The translations under genes and the position numbers were made by a program. A model generated the notes under the pieces. That model was not told where the DNA came from, did not search any database, and was given only the letters and a program-made list of their open reading frames with translations. From Amoebidium appalachense (taxonomy: Eukaryota; Protista; Ichthyosporea): 64,000 nucleotides of DNA. Position 1 is the first letter of the stretch; each line of letters opens with the position of its first letter. The stretch spans positions 15,610,418 through 15,674,417 of the forward strand of contig CAVNZM010000001.1 of the NCBI GenBank assembly GCA_963693365.1. Reading direction: 5' to 3'. Of the stretch, positions 31,375-59,765 are shown in pieces.

Positions 31375-31442
31375 GAGCACCTGGTGTGTTCAACCCCACC
31401 TGGGGACTATCGAAGTGTGATTCCACGCACCTGGCGTGCTGG
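31375..31442 (+). promoter_or_regulatory. Two Smaug recognition element (SRE)-like stem-loops in the 3' UTR
   Basis: GAGCAC-CUGGU-GUGUUC (31375-31391) and CCA(C)GCAC-CUGGC-GUGCUGG (31423-31442) are CNGGN loops on paired stems. AATAAA follows at about 31477. Confidence 0.65.
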
Positions 31443-32547
31443 TTCGATTTGCCACCGTACTGTGTACGGTTGGAGAAATAAAAATATAGTCTTGTTGAAA
31501 CCAACTGTGTGCAGCGAATGGATGGGTCATGTCTACAAACGTGCGCTTTTCGTGCTTTTTCTTCTAAAGTTTCGCATGCAAAAACACAAAAAAAAGTAGG
31601 AATATTGTGTGAGCACTCGTACAAGGACGTGCTTATTAATTTCGCTTTTGTATTTGTATATACACTTATACAGGCCACTGCACCGAATACGTATTTGTGT
31701 GATGTGTGCCTTATTGTTAGGGTGTGCACCCGCACGTGTACAGCGGTTTTCATTTTTGTCTTTTGTTTGCAATCACGCATGTATCCATGCGTTCGCCCAA
31801 CAATTCCGCTTTTGTACAGTACATGCTTATACACAGACTTGTGTGTTTACGTGAAAAGATTAATTGTGGCATCATCATGACCCGAAGCTTTAAATTTGCA
31901 CTTACAGACCTACTATAATGTCTAGCTTGCCCGACAGCCCGAGGCAACTTGCCACGGCTTTATATATATCGTGTTCTGAGCAGTCAACTATTGCTCTTAT
32001 AACCACATCGAACAATATGAGAATAAGCATGAAGTCGGGCCTGACTTTGTGTGCAACGAGCTCCAGCGCCTGGAAGAACGGTGCAAGCAAATCGTGCCCG
32101 GATCTGCAAATTTATTCTCTTTGATTTATGTGCATAAGTGCATGCATGTTTGTGCAACTGACTCATAACTAACTGTCACAATGATCATTTTCGTAAATAA
32201 ACCTGCTTGGGCATCCCTGTTTTCTTCCTTCGCACGTGCAGCAAAAGAATGTGGTCTCTGGGCCTTGTTTCTCTCAAGCTTTATTATAGGGCTACAGCCA
32301 TGGAGTGGACATTGTGCACTTCGCTTGCGATGGATTTTGCCTTGTTATTCTCATCTACATTACAATAACTGCTGCCATGATGCCGATGGGCGAAGAATCC
32401 GAACATGCAAGCGGTCGGACCTGAAGATGGCATATACTACAAGCTTACAGATAATATGCATCAAGCATCAAAGCAGGTCACCATGTGCTTCTTTGCGCTT
32501 CAGTATGTTGTTTGTTCCATTGCCTGAGTACAAAATATCCAAGGCAT

Positions 32548-32588
<41 letters not shown>

Positions 32589-33074
32589 CCCCAAACCTGA
32601 CAGGTTTACAAAGGTTAACGAAAACGTATGATTGGCTACAATCTGATTACAAGCCATGTATGGCTTAATCTTCAAATTAATCTCCTTCCATTCGAGTTGG
32701 CTTTGGCGCGGCATGGCCCGCGGAAAGGCTCCCGGCCTTTTTTGAGCGCAGCGCTGCTTTTTCCTTCTCAGTCCACCACCCACCCCCACCTCTACCTCTG
32801 AGGTGTGTGCCCGGTGTATCAACACAGCTATTTTTTTAATTTGGCACATAGACCCGAGATATGGTGTTACAATACGGTGATGGTTTTTTATATTGCAAAC
32901 TCTAAGACTCAAAAAGCATGGTAGTTTGGAGAGCTTTTGCTTGAATAGAACAGAGGGGTTGGGAGGGAGGGAGGGAGAGAGTTGTCAACGGGTACAATAG
33001 CGAGGGTAGATAGATTATTTGGGAGCTGTGTAACAGACATGCACTTACTTGTGTTGGGTTGACAGTTCTTCAAC

Positions 33075-42711
<9,637 letters not shown>

Positions 42712-43048
42712 ACCGACCCAACCCGACCCGAATTCGACCCGGATCGCTTTTCTCCCGTTGCTGGCTCGGCCCGAATGAAACGCCGAAGGGAAGAGTGAGT
42801 GAAACGTAGATGGCCGCTGGCAATGGCCCGCCGTAGTAGTAGTTTGTGTAGAAGCGAAATTTCATGTAATAAACCCCCCTACCCCCTGGTGGGGCCTCTT
42901 TATGACGGACCTATAACAAGCTCAGTGATACACCCCAGGGACAAATTTGTTCCACCTGACAATTTGCAAGCCATGCAACTATATGGTTTCCTCAATATGT
43001 CCGTGGTGTGCGAACTACACGTGGAAACCAAGACCCCTCCCTCCCTCC

Positions 43049-43081
<33 letters not shown>

Positions 43082-43442
43082 ACCTCCCCACATACACGCG
43101 AGCGCGCGCGCACACACACACAAACACACACCTTATTTAGTTCACATTAGCCATACAGGCAGATGGGGTAACTTAAAAGGTAAAGGCTTGCTCAAAAAGT
43201 TAGTTGAGGCAGGTTTAGAGTATGTGCGTGTGACTGTGAGTGCGGGGGTGATTTCTCGAGGTGCACGTGGGAAATTAAATGAGTGTCTGTGTGTGTGTGT
43301 GTGTGCATGCGTGGCTATCACAACGGTGTGTATGTGCGTGGTTGTGGTGTGTGTGTGTGTGTGTGTGTGTGTTTGTTTGTTTTTTTTTGTTTTTTCTGCC
43401 AAGGTTGTCGTTGTTTTTTTCTTGTCGTTGTTGATTTAGTCC

Positions 43443-43480
<38 letters not shown>

Positions 43481-43544
43481 TAGTAAAATTTGCAACCAAT
43501 TGGAGGGCCTTCACGATGTGATCGCGATAGTGAAAACCCGAGAC

Positions 43545-43595
<51 letters not shown>

Positions 43596-45368
43596 CAGCG
43601 TACGGTGGTGTTTGAGCGTGTCTTTGTGTACATGTCAGTGTGTGTTTGTGTATCCATGCGCGTGCATATGGATGCGTGTGTACATATATGCGCGTCCATG
43701 CATCGGTGTGTGCACGTCAGTGTGTGTGTGTGCACGTGTACATGTGTGTGTGTGTCCACGTGTGTGCGTGCGTGCCACGGTGCATGGGCATTGGTGAATA
43801 AGACATGATGATCGGATTCCATGATTTAACCCGTTTGTGCATGTGCACACACGTGTAATGTGGCAAATCTGTGCACAGTGTTTCCCAGTATTAAAGGCGT
43901 GCCACGGTACGTATACGTACTTGTGCGTATTACCCAAACTTAAGGGAAAATTGTAAGACCTCTCCGACCTTTAAGCCAAATTCCGGAATTTGGCAAGGCA
44001 CCAGGCCAAATTCAAATGCATTATAAAGTCCTATATTTATGCACACTAAAGGTAGAAAAGATAATAGAAATATTTCTTATATATGTACTAAAAAAACAAG
44101 GAAGTTTATTAGGTAGAAAAGATTAAATGATTGTCCCACAACACACGTGCCAGGCACGTACGTGTAGGTACGTAATTACGTGTCGGGGTAAAATATTGAA
44201 CGAGATATACGATTATCGGAGTGTGCCGCGGGCAAATAGCAAATAAATGGGCAGAACAATCGCTTTTCCGGTACTACCATCGTTCCAGATTGCAACCAAC
44301 AATGGAACGCACTTTTAATAAGCAATATCGACAAAACCTTTATTTAAAACAGACTCCGAATGTGAGTGGTCACTTAGAGGCGATGTTTTTTATTAACTTT
44401 TTGCGCCAATAGTTTTATCCCAAGGCCAGGGGGAATACATCACCGGGTACCCTTAATGTCGCGTTAAATAAAGCCAATCAAAACACAGAGAACGCCTCTA
44501 TACACAGCCTGGCAGCTGCAAGCTTTTTTTTGTCACGCTAGAGAGAAACGGAAATAAAACAAAACTCAGCTTTCTTCAAACACGTACTCTGACACTCACT
44601 GAACAATTCCTGCATCAGACATGCCCCTTGCATTCCTAACCACCTACTTGTATGTGTATGTCTGTGTGTCTTGTGCAAGCGTAATAAATGTGTGTGTGTG
44701 TGTGTGTGTGTACGTGTGTGTGTCTGTGTGTGTGTACATGTGTACGTGTATGTGTGTGTGTGTGTGTGCGTATGTGTGTGTACGTGTGTGTGTCTGTGTG
44801 TGTGTACATGTGTACGTGTATGTGTGTGTGTGTGTGTGCGTATGTGTGTGTGTGTGTGAAGGCTTTTTGTTGTGCTGTGGGCTCGTGTGCACCTCATGGT
44901 TGTTGAACGTGAAATTTTAAATTTGTGCGTGTGTCGGTATGTAAGTGCATGCATGCCATCATGAGCTCATGCATGATGGTGTGCATATGTGTGTGCACCG
45001 AAAGACTATCATGAGCCATTGTAACTGGAAACCGCACGTGCATGCTATGCCATGTTACCTGGCAGCCGCAATTACTTGCACGTGTCATAGGGTGGGCTGG
45101 TGGCTGGTGACCATGTGTCATACTGGCAGTGCATTTTGGCATGGCCAGCTTATAAGGTTCGTATAGAGAATAGAGAATCATGCCGACAGAGTCGTTAAGA
45201 ATCCCCACCATGCTAGCGAACATTATACATACTATTAGCGGCCAAGTTGGATTCTTTTGTGTTCTAGATCTATTCTTGAACATGCACCGATGCCAGGTTT
45301 TGGACGCCTTTTTTTATTGGTACATTGGTCGATATTTTTCCCTGAATCATGTCCCCCCCCCCCCCCCC

Positions 45369-45405
<37 letters not shown>

Positions 45406-45472
45406 AAGGGGGGGGGGGGGGGGGGGGGGGGGATTCCTACCTGCTTCCCCCGCAAGGCTCCCCAAGCCCCTC

Positions 45473-45505
<33 letters not shown>

Positions 45506-45620
45506 CCCCGCCTCCTTCCACCCTTTCGTGAAGAACACCCCCCACCCCCCTTTTACCCTACATGTGGGTGACCCGAGCTCCCCCATTCATCTATATCAGT
45601 AATCTATCAGTATCAGTAAG

Positions 45621-46750
45621 TTGCGCTACGCCACGGCGCAGAACTACCACGTGTCGGCCCGCACCATGGACTGGCCATGGGGCGCCCCGGACTTCAACAG
45701 CTACATCAACGTAGTGCTCCGCGGCACCCCCACCGAGCTCGTTCCGGTCAAGGGCTGCGGCTTGTGCAACAGCACGCCAGCCGTCAGCACCGTGCACGGC
45801 TACATCTTCCTCGATGCTTTGCGCAATCCCACGGCTTCCCTGGACGGCCTCAACGAGGCCGGGCTGTCTGCCGCCATGCTGCTGCTGGACTCAACGACAT
45901 ACCCGCAGCCGCTGCAGACCAACCCGCGGCCCGTGCTGGGCTCATACAGCCTGGTAAGGTACATGCTGGCCTGTGTGACACTGTGGCCTGCGTGCGCCGC
46001 CAGTTTGGGCCACCAGATTGCCGAGGGCCACCTGCCCGAGCTGGACATCTTTCCCTCCCGTGGGGGCCGGCTGGGGGGCCACCTGCAGTTCCACGACACA
46101 GCCGGCCAGTCGCTGGTAGTGGAGTTCATCGGCACGCAGAACGCCACCCTGGCGCCCGAGTGCTTTGCCTCGAAAGACCACATCCACGGCAGGGCCGGTG
46201 AGGCCGGGGCCCACGTGTGCATGTACGACAGCCGCAACGTCATGACCATGACCAATGACCCCACGTGGGAGGGCATGCGCGCGGAGCTGCGGGCACGGCT
46301 CAACGGCACCGACTATGAGGATGTGGCGGTAGTGCCTAACGCCACGCTCGAGGCGGCCATGCACGGGGCCGGCAGCTACTCACCCGAGGACCGGCTGGTG
46401 CAGATGGCCATGCTGCAGGAGAGTGCCGTGCAGCGGGGGGGCCTGGGCCACACCTGCCGTCGTACGTGTCCAGCGACCCGGCCGTGGACCACGTGAGCGC
46501 GGCCACGGCCATGATTGGGCGCGTGTCGCTGGCCAAGGGCGCCGACGACTGGACCACGGCCTGGACCGTTGTGCGCGACCACAGCGCCCGGCGGCTGTAC
46601 TTCGCCACGCCGGCCGTGTGCAACCTGCAGATGGTCGACCTCACAAAGCTGCGCCTGGACGACCCCACAGCCCCACGCGTGGAAATCCCCATGGCCTTCC
46701 ACACCGGCCCACAATACAATGACGTCACCGAGGCACTGTTTGGCCACTAA
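45621..46750 (+). CDS. Choloylglycine hydrolase / penicillin V acylase family (Ntn hydrolase); 1-nt frameshift at about 46440, N-terminal Cys not located
   Basis: Motifs ARTMDW, DGLNEAGLSAAML, HLQFHDTAGQSLVVEF, VMTMTNDPTW and GSYSPEDRL lie in ORF 45621-46496. TTAWTVVRDHSARRLYF lies in the other frame (46466-46750). Adding one G to the G7 run at 46435-46441 joins the two frames. Confidence 0.8.
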
Positions 46751-47624
46751 CTTGCAGGTTCCTTGCTTATAATCATACGTGACTTGAAGGTGATATACGA
46801 CTTCACATTTCGCAAAAATTGGCCGGCTTTCGTGAAAAAGCTAGTGCTACGGGACTTATCAGGTTCAGTGTTTACATGCATATGATATGTGGTGGTTGGG
46901 TTTCAAAGTATTATGTGTAGTATTCATACAGACCATTACTATGATACGTTGTACAATTTAATGACCTAGCTAGGGATACGTCTATTATTTCGTTCAAAGT
47001 TTTAAATTTCAAAGTTTATTGATCCTAGGCTTAGTTATTTTGTATTCGCATGATGCAAACTCATCTTTTTAAAAGTCAAACGAGGCTCAGGATGGCCAGC
47101 AGGCTGGACCCCCTATGAACAAGAGTGTGTTTTATTTTTAACAGACCCCGAGTCAAAATAATTACACACTTTATGAAATAAAACCTTTAAACGTTCACAA
47201 TACATGTATTTGCCGAAGGAAGAGGAGGTTGCCGTCTTGAATGCAGGGGAAAGTATTAAAAATTAATTAACTCCCCCCCCCCCCCCCCCCCCCCTACCTG
47301 GTATCATCATTGAAAATATGGCATACCTCGTTGAAGGTGCTAAGAGCAACCAACACACTTTGCGACAGTGTTGACCCACGGGCCACCCCCATTCTTGCTT
47401 CCGATGCCAGTGCCTTTAAGTAGACTACCACTCAAGAGAGTGCGCTCTCTTACCCTCTACTTGACCTACCATATTCAGACCCAACCATTCGAAATCCGAT
47501 CCAGGCACATATAAGTTGATCTGGTGACACAGGCTGAGTAGAACGTGACTGCTTTTTGCTCACTCATGCAACGATTTCTCTTTTCATTGACGGCCTGCCC
47601 AAATCCCACATATGCATTTAGCCT

Positions 47625-47658
<34 letters not shown>

Positions 47659-47966
47659 TCCTCCTCCTTCTCCTCACCCCCACCCCCATCCGAAACACAC
47701 ACATACACACACATAAACACACACATACACACACATAAACACACACATATACACATGCATAATCCTCCCCAACCCCCCTCCCCCTACCACCACACACACA
47801 CACACATTCACTTCCCACCCGATCCCCCGACCCACTCCTTCTCTCTCTCTGCCGCACTTTTCAACACACGTTTTCTTGCACGCAAGCACGCACGCATGCA
47901 CGCACGCACGCACACATGCACGCACGCACGCTCAAGCGCACACACAGGCACAGAAGCACCACACAG

Positions 47967-48011
<45 letters not shown>

Positions 48012-48302
48012 ACCACCACCACCACCACCACCACCACCACCACCACCACTACCACCCTCTCCCTCCTCCTCCTCCCCTCCTCCTCCCCCTCCCCATCCCC
48101 CCAAAAAAACTTGGAAAAAAACATTATAAGAAAACCTCAGTGAATGGAAACATACAGAGAGAAAATAAGAAAAATGGAGGAAAAGAAGGAGATAAAGAAA
48201 ATAGAAAGAAAAAAAGGAGAACCAAACCATAGGGGACTGCTTCTTCTGACGAACCAGTTTAAAAGGAGTGTGACCGTCGGTTCAACCACTCTGAATTCAA
48301 AT

Positions 48303-48342
<40 letters not shown>

Positions 48343-48660
48343 AAGAAGACTCTGGCCTCTTATGCTTCAAGTAAACCCAGCGTGCACGTGAGCTCTCTTT
48401 TCCAGTCACTGTTTCCCTCGACGACATACCTTCTGGTGCCCACAGCTGTGTTTCGGTGCTAAATAGAATTATATCCTTAAGTTAAAACAAGAATCTTCGT
48501 ACCGTTATTCCCCCATTTTGGCTCACTCGCACCGAGTACCACAGAGGTTAAAATAAAAAAACGAGGATTCGTGACAGCATGAAATCGATGTGTTAGCCAC
48601 CACCGTGCATATATACTATGATGCCTGTACCGCGATACATAGATATCCTCAGTACACACC

Positions 48661-48727
48661 TCAAATGGATATCTCAAATGGATATCTCAAATGGATATCT
48701 CAAATGGATATCTCAAATGGATATCTC
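48661..48727. repeat. 13-bp tandem repeat (TCAAATGGATATC) x5
   Basis: Directly visible in the sequence. Confidence 0.95.
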
Positions 48728-48918
48728 GGGCAGCACACCCATACAGACACCTGTACAGTGCCCATATGAAGACACCATATGTAACACTATACACACCTAT
48801 AGGGTGTGACTGAAAATGTGTACTTTGGAAATGTGGTATAATTATCTTGATTTTTAGGGAACGTTGGACTCATGTTCTTAAATCTCCCCGTCGGTGGAGG
48901 GAGGCCGGGGGGATGGGG

Positions 48919-48964
<46 letters not shown>

Positions 48965-49557
48965 ACATTAAATTGCACCAGGGTTGATAAGCTCTATTTT
49001 CTTTTCTTCTCCTTTTTCTTTCTTTCTTTCTTTTTTTTGTGGGGGGAGGAGAGGGGGGGGGGGGGGGGGAAGGGGGGGAGGGGGGAGGGGGGAGCAGTGC
49101 TGGTTATCTAGGTTCAGATTGCTTTAAATTTCAGGAGGTTCATTCGAGGTCCAAAGGTGTCCGGATAATAATTTGGGCTATATGGCTGTAGGTGATTGCT
49201 TTTTACCATTTTTCTTTTTTCTCTTTTTTTTTCCAAAGTTTTTTTTCCATTTTTTCGTTTTCCTTTTTTCCCTAAATGTTCTTGCCGTGCACATAGTAGG
49301 TTGGTAGTTGGGGGGAAGGGGGGGGGGGGGGGGGGGGGGGGGAGGGGGGGGAAGGGGGGCAGCGCTATGGGCAGTGCAATATTAAGAGGTTGCGTGAGCT
49401 GTGGGGAGCTAGGTGCCCGGAGGGGGGGGGGGGGAGGGGGGGGGAGGGGGTTGTCTGGAGGCGGAGGGGGGAGGGGAGGGGACGGGGTTGCGCAGGGGGA
49501 TCATCTTCTATGATGCCCGGGCTGTCGGAATTTTAAGGTGGGTATCATGGTGTATGT

Positions 49558-49605
<48 letters not shown>

Positions 49606-49764
49606 GGGGAGACAGGCTTCACTGTCACTGACAGTGAATTTTTGTACTGACACTGGAAGAATGCGTCAGGAATATTTTTGCATCTAACCCCCCCTCCTCC
49701 CCGCTCCTCCAAGTGCCCCCCGCCTCTCTCCCCCAGCAAACCATTGACACACACACACACACAC

Positions 49765-49935
<171 letters not shown>

Positions 49936-50132
49936 CAAACATAGCCGACCATATCCGACGGCCACCACATGCATTAACAGACTGATCTATTTATTTGGCT
50001 TTCTATCAAAATCTATAGTTCTGAAAAACTACCTCGTCCCCATATTCATCCCATTATCAGACTTTATATGCACGATCAACTGTACCCAGTGTCTTAGTAA
50101 TTCCCCCCCCCCCGTTCCCCGTTCCCCAGGGA

Positions 50133-50176
<44 letters not shown>

Positions 50177-50463
50177 CCACCACCACCGTACCACACAGCC
50201 CCCCGGCCCATAACCAACCCAATGCAAGCTGGAGTTTGCTATTTCAATTCTCTTTCTTGCAGCTCTCCCTGTTCCATATATTTCATCCTACATATAGTTA
50301 CGTATGTAAATGCACGTTCACCGGCAAGCCCAATATTTAGCGCTTAATTTCCCATTCCCCCCCCCCTTCCTCCCAACTCTCCTCCCCCAACCCTCTCCTT
50401 CCTTGGGTTCAGCCCTCCTCCCCCCCCCCCCCCCCTTCCGCCTCTTTCCCCCCATTCCCCAGG

Positions 50464-50495
<32 letters not shown>

Positions 50496-51808
50496 ACCCA
50501 CCCACCCACCCCCTCCCCCCCCCCTTTTCCCCCCCGGTCGTTCTAATCCTTTGGCCCTCTCTCTTCCCTGTATTTCCTCCTAAATCCAGTCAATACGTGT
50601 TGTTATGATACACAATCATCGACTCGGAGTCATTTTTCAGAACGTGAAGTGCCTTTATAGAACCCTTCCCCCGCGCGCGCGCACACACACACACAGACAA
50701 ACACACGCACGCACGCACTAGTTTGTTCGCCAGAAACACTGCCGACTGGTTGAAATACGGAAGTGTGCTTCAAAAGTTGAATTGGATGTCCCGTGAAGGT
50801 GATCAATACAATACGCCGGAGGGGGGGGGAGGAGGGGCTGGGCTCGACTCTGGCTGACGGGGTAGACTACAGGCGGAAATTTGCAACAACTGCATTAAAG
50901 AAGGTGAAGGGTTGGTGCCACTGAAGGTCCATGCACGTATATGGAAAACCTGCAGTGCTGATGCATGGGCATGGGCCGCAAATTCCTTCATGCCTATTTT
51001 CAAAAGCCCAGAAAAGCGTATACCGAGCTATCATAGGGGTCGTTAACGTAACATCGTGGATGAAAACGTACACCAGAATAATACCGGTGAGCCATGTCAA
51101 AACCCGACGTGGCCCTAAACAGAGTTTGTGTTGTGCGCATGTTGCTTCTTTTTCTTTTTCTTTTTCAAAGAAATTCCAGGCTTGCCAATGGAAACGAAGT
51201 CTTCAGGTGTAGGCCCGGCTCAAAGTAGATCCAGCTACTTTCCTGGTCCATATGTTTTCTCAAGGAACCCTGACCTAACTTTGTCACAGGGCATCCGGGC
51301 TTTACATGCCTGCAACAGAAAACACCAAAAAAACAGGAGTGCTGAACACTCAGAGACCAAGGAAAAATAGAACTTAGGCAAAACAAGTGAGGCATAGAAG
51401 GTGCTCTTCCCAAACTTTGGAAAAAGGAAAAGGGCGGAAGAGATGGGGGGGGGGGGGGGGGGGACAATAAACACTACACTATTTGGCAGTTTATAGGCCC
51501 ACCAGGGGCATGGGTCAGCCGCGGCCCTGCGCGGAGTACCAGACTCGCGTGATATGTCAACAGCATACGCGCTTGCGCAAGTACCTCGTGTCGGCCATTC
51601 GTGCAGTCATGGTTTCACTGTTTGGCAAATTCATGCATTTCTCGCTCGAGCATCTTTTTCGCATTGCGTGAAGCATGACAGGCTCTCTCGCGAAACAACA
51701 AGACGGTTCTCTTTGAAAAATTCTTCGAATCGATGATGACTGCAGCGTACGTGTATATGTTCGTTTGATAAACACACTTTTCACCGTCTCATTTTCCCGT
51801 TAAAGGAT

Positions 51809-52123
51809 TCAGAAGGGGGAAAACGCGTTGGAGTAAAAAATTGCCCGTGTTGCGCTGCTCTGCTGTTGCACGGTAGGGGAGCCCTCAATGTCGCTTTCCA
51901 GATGGCTAGGAAGCATGTTCTTCAAAGGACGGCGTGCGTGTGTAGTAGGAAGGCTGTTGGAGTGCGGGCCACGACGCCGAGTCTGGACGGGGGAAGAGGC
52001 GCACGAGGCTGGGGCGGATGAAGGAGCAGAGGGAGGGGGGGTAAGCACGGCGAAAAACGCCTGGATGAGACGAAGGTCGTCGGTGCTGTTGGTCTTGTTT
52101 TGGCGCATAGATGATCCCTCCAT
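51809..52123 (-). CDS. Hypothetical small Ser/Pro-rich protein (104 aa)
   Basis: ATG-initiated ORF in unique, non-microsatellite sequence with a TATA-like TATATAG upstream (about 52378-52385). No recognisable domain. Confidence 0.35.
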   Translation of the reverse strand: MEGSSMRQNKTNSTDDLRLIQAFFAVLTPPPSAPSSAPASCASSPVQTRRRGPHSNSLPTTHARRPLKNMLPSHLESDIEGSPTVQQQSSATRAIFYSNAFSPF

Positions 52124-54196
52124 TTTTGAAGCTCAGGAATATGCTTCTTTTTGGTGTATGTGGGGTATGTGTTGAAATAAAGTGTAAGGGGCGTAGGCGT
52201 GGGACAACATGTGTTCGTAAACAGACAACGAGGAAGACGTGTTGGTCGGTTCAACCTGACAGAAACCAGACCGAAAATTGAAGTTGAGAAGAACCAGAGT
52301 GGTATAAGTTGAACCGAGCGAAAATGAAAGAAACCTGTCAGCAATGCTCCTGTCTGCTTCACGCGCAGAACAGGCAGCTATATAGCAAAACTTCACTTCG
52401 TAAACTGAAAAAAATAAAAATAAAAGTGAAAGTTAAATTGTCCTGTACTGGCCAAAACCAAGAAGTAAGAAGACGTTCCCAAGAGACACGAAGGTCAAAA
52501 GGGTGACGGTTGGTGACGAAACGCGCATCCAAATGTGGCGAGCGTGACTTTGAGCCAACTGGAAAACGATCCATTGTTCAATCAGTAGGCATCTTTGTGG
52601 CGGTGCATCTGTGTGATATAAAACCAATAGGTATGCGCTTTAATCGATGTCTTTGGTGTCACCGTGTCACTGACAACTGTCATAAACACACAAATTTGAT
52701 GACCTACGACCTACTAGTACGTGTATGTGTAACAGGGGCTTTTATTAAAAAAGGAATAATAACATTTCTTGCTAATATTTCTAGAAATATAAACGTTTTT
52801 CTCACGGAACATCATACATTTTGCTTGGTTGTTTCAGCCAAAATCAGGCCTACAGAATTAAGCCAATCAGGTTGAAGTCTTACAATTTTCTTGGCGCCGC
52901 TTTCTTTTGCTTGATAGGGAAACCCAATCACAAAAACCGATGCGATTCTAATAGCCTGTCTGGAATGTGTCTCCATGTACCTCCTAGCCGTAATCAATCT
53001 TACGGAAGCTTATCAACAAAATTTGCTACCGATGTACCAGTGTGCTTTATGTAGCTTTTAACTTCTATAAAAATATATAGTTAAATGTAGTTATTTAAAA
53101 ACAATTATGTTTAGCCATTCAAAAAGATGTTGAAATGCTATATACGCTGTTAAACCGTTGTCCCAACATTGCAGGGTATCCACATTTCTGAACCCCAAGT
53201 ACTCCCTACACCCGCATTACTTGTCTGACTTTGATGGCCCCTCTATAACCTAGCGCTTCAACTTCCGAATTTCAACTGTTATCGGAGTTGGAAAAAAAAA
53301 GCGAGTGCTTATGCATTCAAAATATGTTTGTTTGTATATCATTTAAGTCTACACAGATATATATATCATGCATATACATACACATTCTGCTGGTGTTACT
53401 GGGGCATCTGCTGGTGTTACTGGGGCATCTCGTCATCTTTAGACCCCTCTTATCAGCAATTTCAGATGTGAGCTATGGTACCTGGTTAATTCAAAGAGCA
53501 TAACTTAGCTATTTTTATGCTGTTTGCTTTTTATGATTCTTATTTGAAACCATTTTTGAAACTTTGCCCAGGTTCTGAGACTCAATATTCGGTACTTTAA
53601 TTTATTCTTTGGTTGAATTGAATCGCTTCTGAAATTTCATCGATACGCATGAGCACCCCGGCCCGGCTAGGCAGGGACACGTGGGAAGTGCTCAGTGGTC
53701 ATTCACCCTTTGACCTCAAAAAGAGAAAATATTACGCATTGCTTCAGCAACACTAATAGTTACTATTGTAATCTAGCTGGAGTGGTTTCCCCACGTGGAC
53801 AACGATTGCAGACACTGGCCCACTAACACCCATGGTCATGATCAGGGTGGGCCAACTGCCCATTGCCCATTGCCCATTGCCCACCGTGCCCATTGCCAAT
53901 GATTGCCCTATGCCCATGGCCCATGGCCATCCATGGCCATCTAATTTTCACATCCACTTCTTTTGACATGACATAACCAACATGTCGTTTCTATAATCCT
54001 TATGCTGTCACATGTACATGTGCGAATTTATTGCTGGTGGCACGTGCAACATCGGGCCCACCCACATTCGCCACAGATGAGGTTTCTTATATTGCAGGAA
54101 TTTGGTTGAGCAATTTCCCACTATATTCCTACTTTTTTGTGTGTTTTATTATATATAAATTAGTAGGAAAGTTAATAATACATCTATTTTTTTGTT

Positions 54197-54249
<53 letters not shown>

Positions 54250-54291
54250 ATTCTTAGCCCTGTCTGATGCCCCGATCGAAATAAAATCCCT

Positions 54292-54333
<42 letters not shown>

Positions 54334-54533
54334 ATTCCCACCTAGCTCCGTGAGCTCAAGTGAGACAGAGTTTGATTTTTCAGTTGGGTATGTATGTGTG
54401 TGTACATTGCGTGTGTGTGCGTGTGTGTTACTGAAGGAAGAAAAAGGAAAGGTGTACACGGTACAATGCAACTCCCGTGGGCCAGCGGGCGGAGGGGGGG
54501 GGGAGCTCGAGACACGGGGGGCCGGGGGCGGGG

Positions 54534-54568
<35 letters not shown>

Positions 54569-54882
54569 GGGGGGGGGGGGGGAACAAGAAACTCAGATAG
54601 CTGCATGGGGGGGTCATACTGCAGCATTTATATATTCCGACGGGTGTATGGAGAGCAGGTACCACCGTGGCGTTGGGGGTCCATTTGCTGTGTTTGTATT
54701 TGTGTTTTCAACGGCTAATGTAGAGCTTGTAACTAACTAGGTTATTGTGTTCATGCATGTGTTTCTGGATTAACCGACAACCAGGCCTGCCATCCCCTCT
54801 ATTCAAGCCCACACACGCATTACTACATTATTTATCTCAATAAAGCCATTATTGGAAATTAAAAAAATAAATAAAACAGACA

Positions 54883-59765
<4,883 letters not shown>

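Noticed and set aside
48661-48727. CRISPR-like array
   Set aside because: The 13-bp units are head-to-tail with no spacers, in a eukaryotic context with no cas genes.
53843-53945. CAGGGTGGGCCAAC plus (TGCCCAT)n as a hAT element end
   Set aside because: No matching opposite TIR or TSD was found; at most a fragment.
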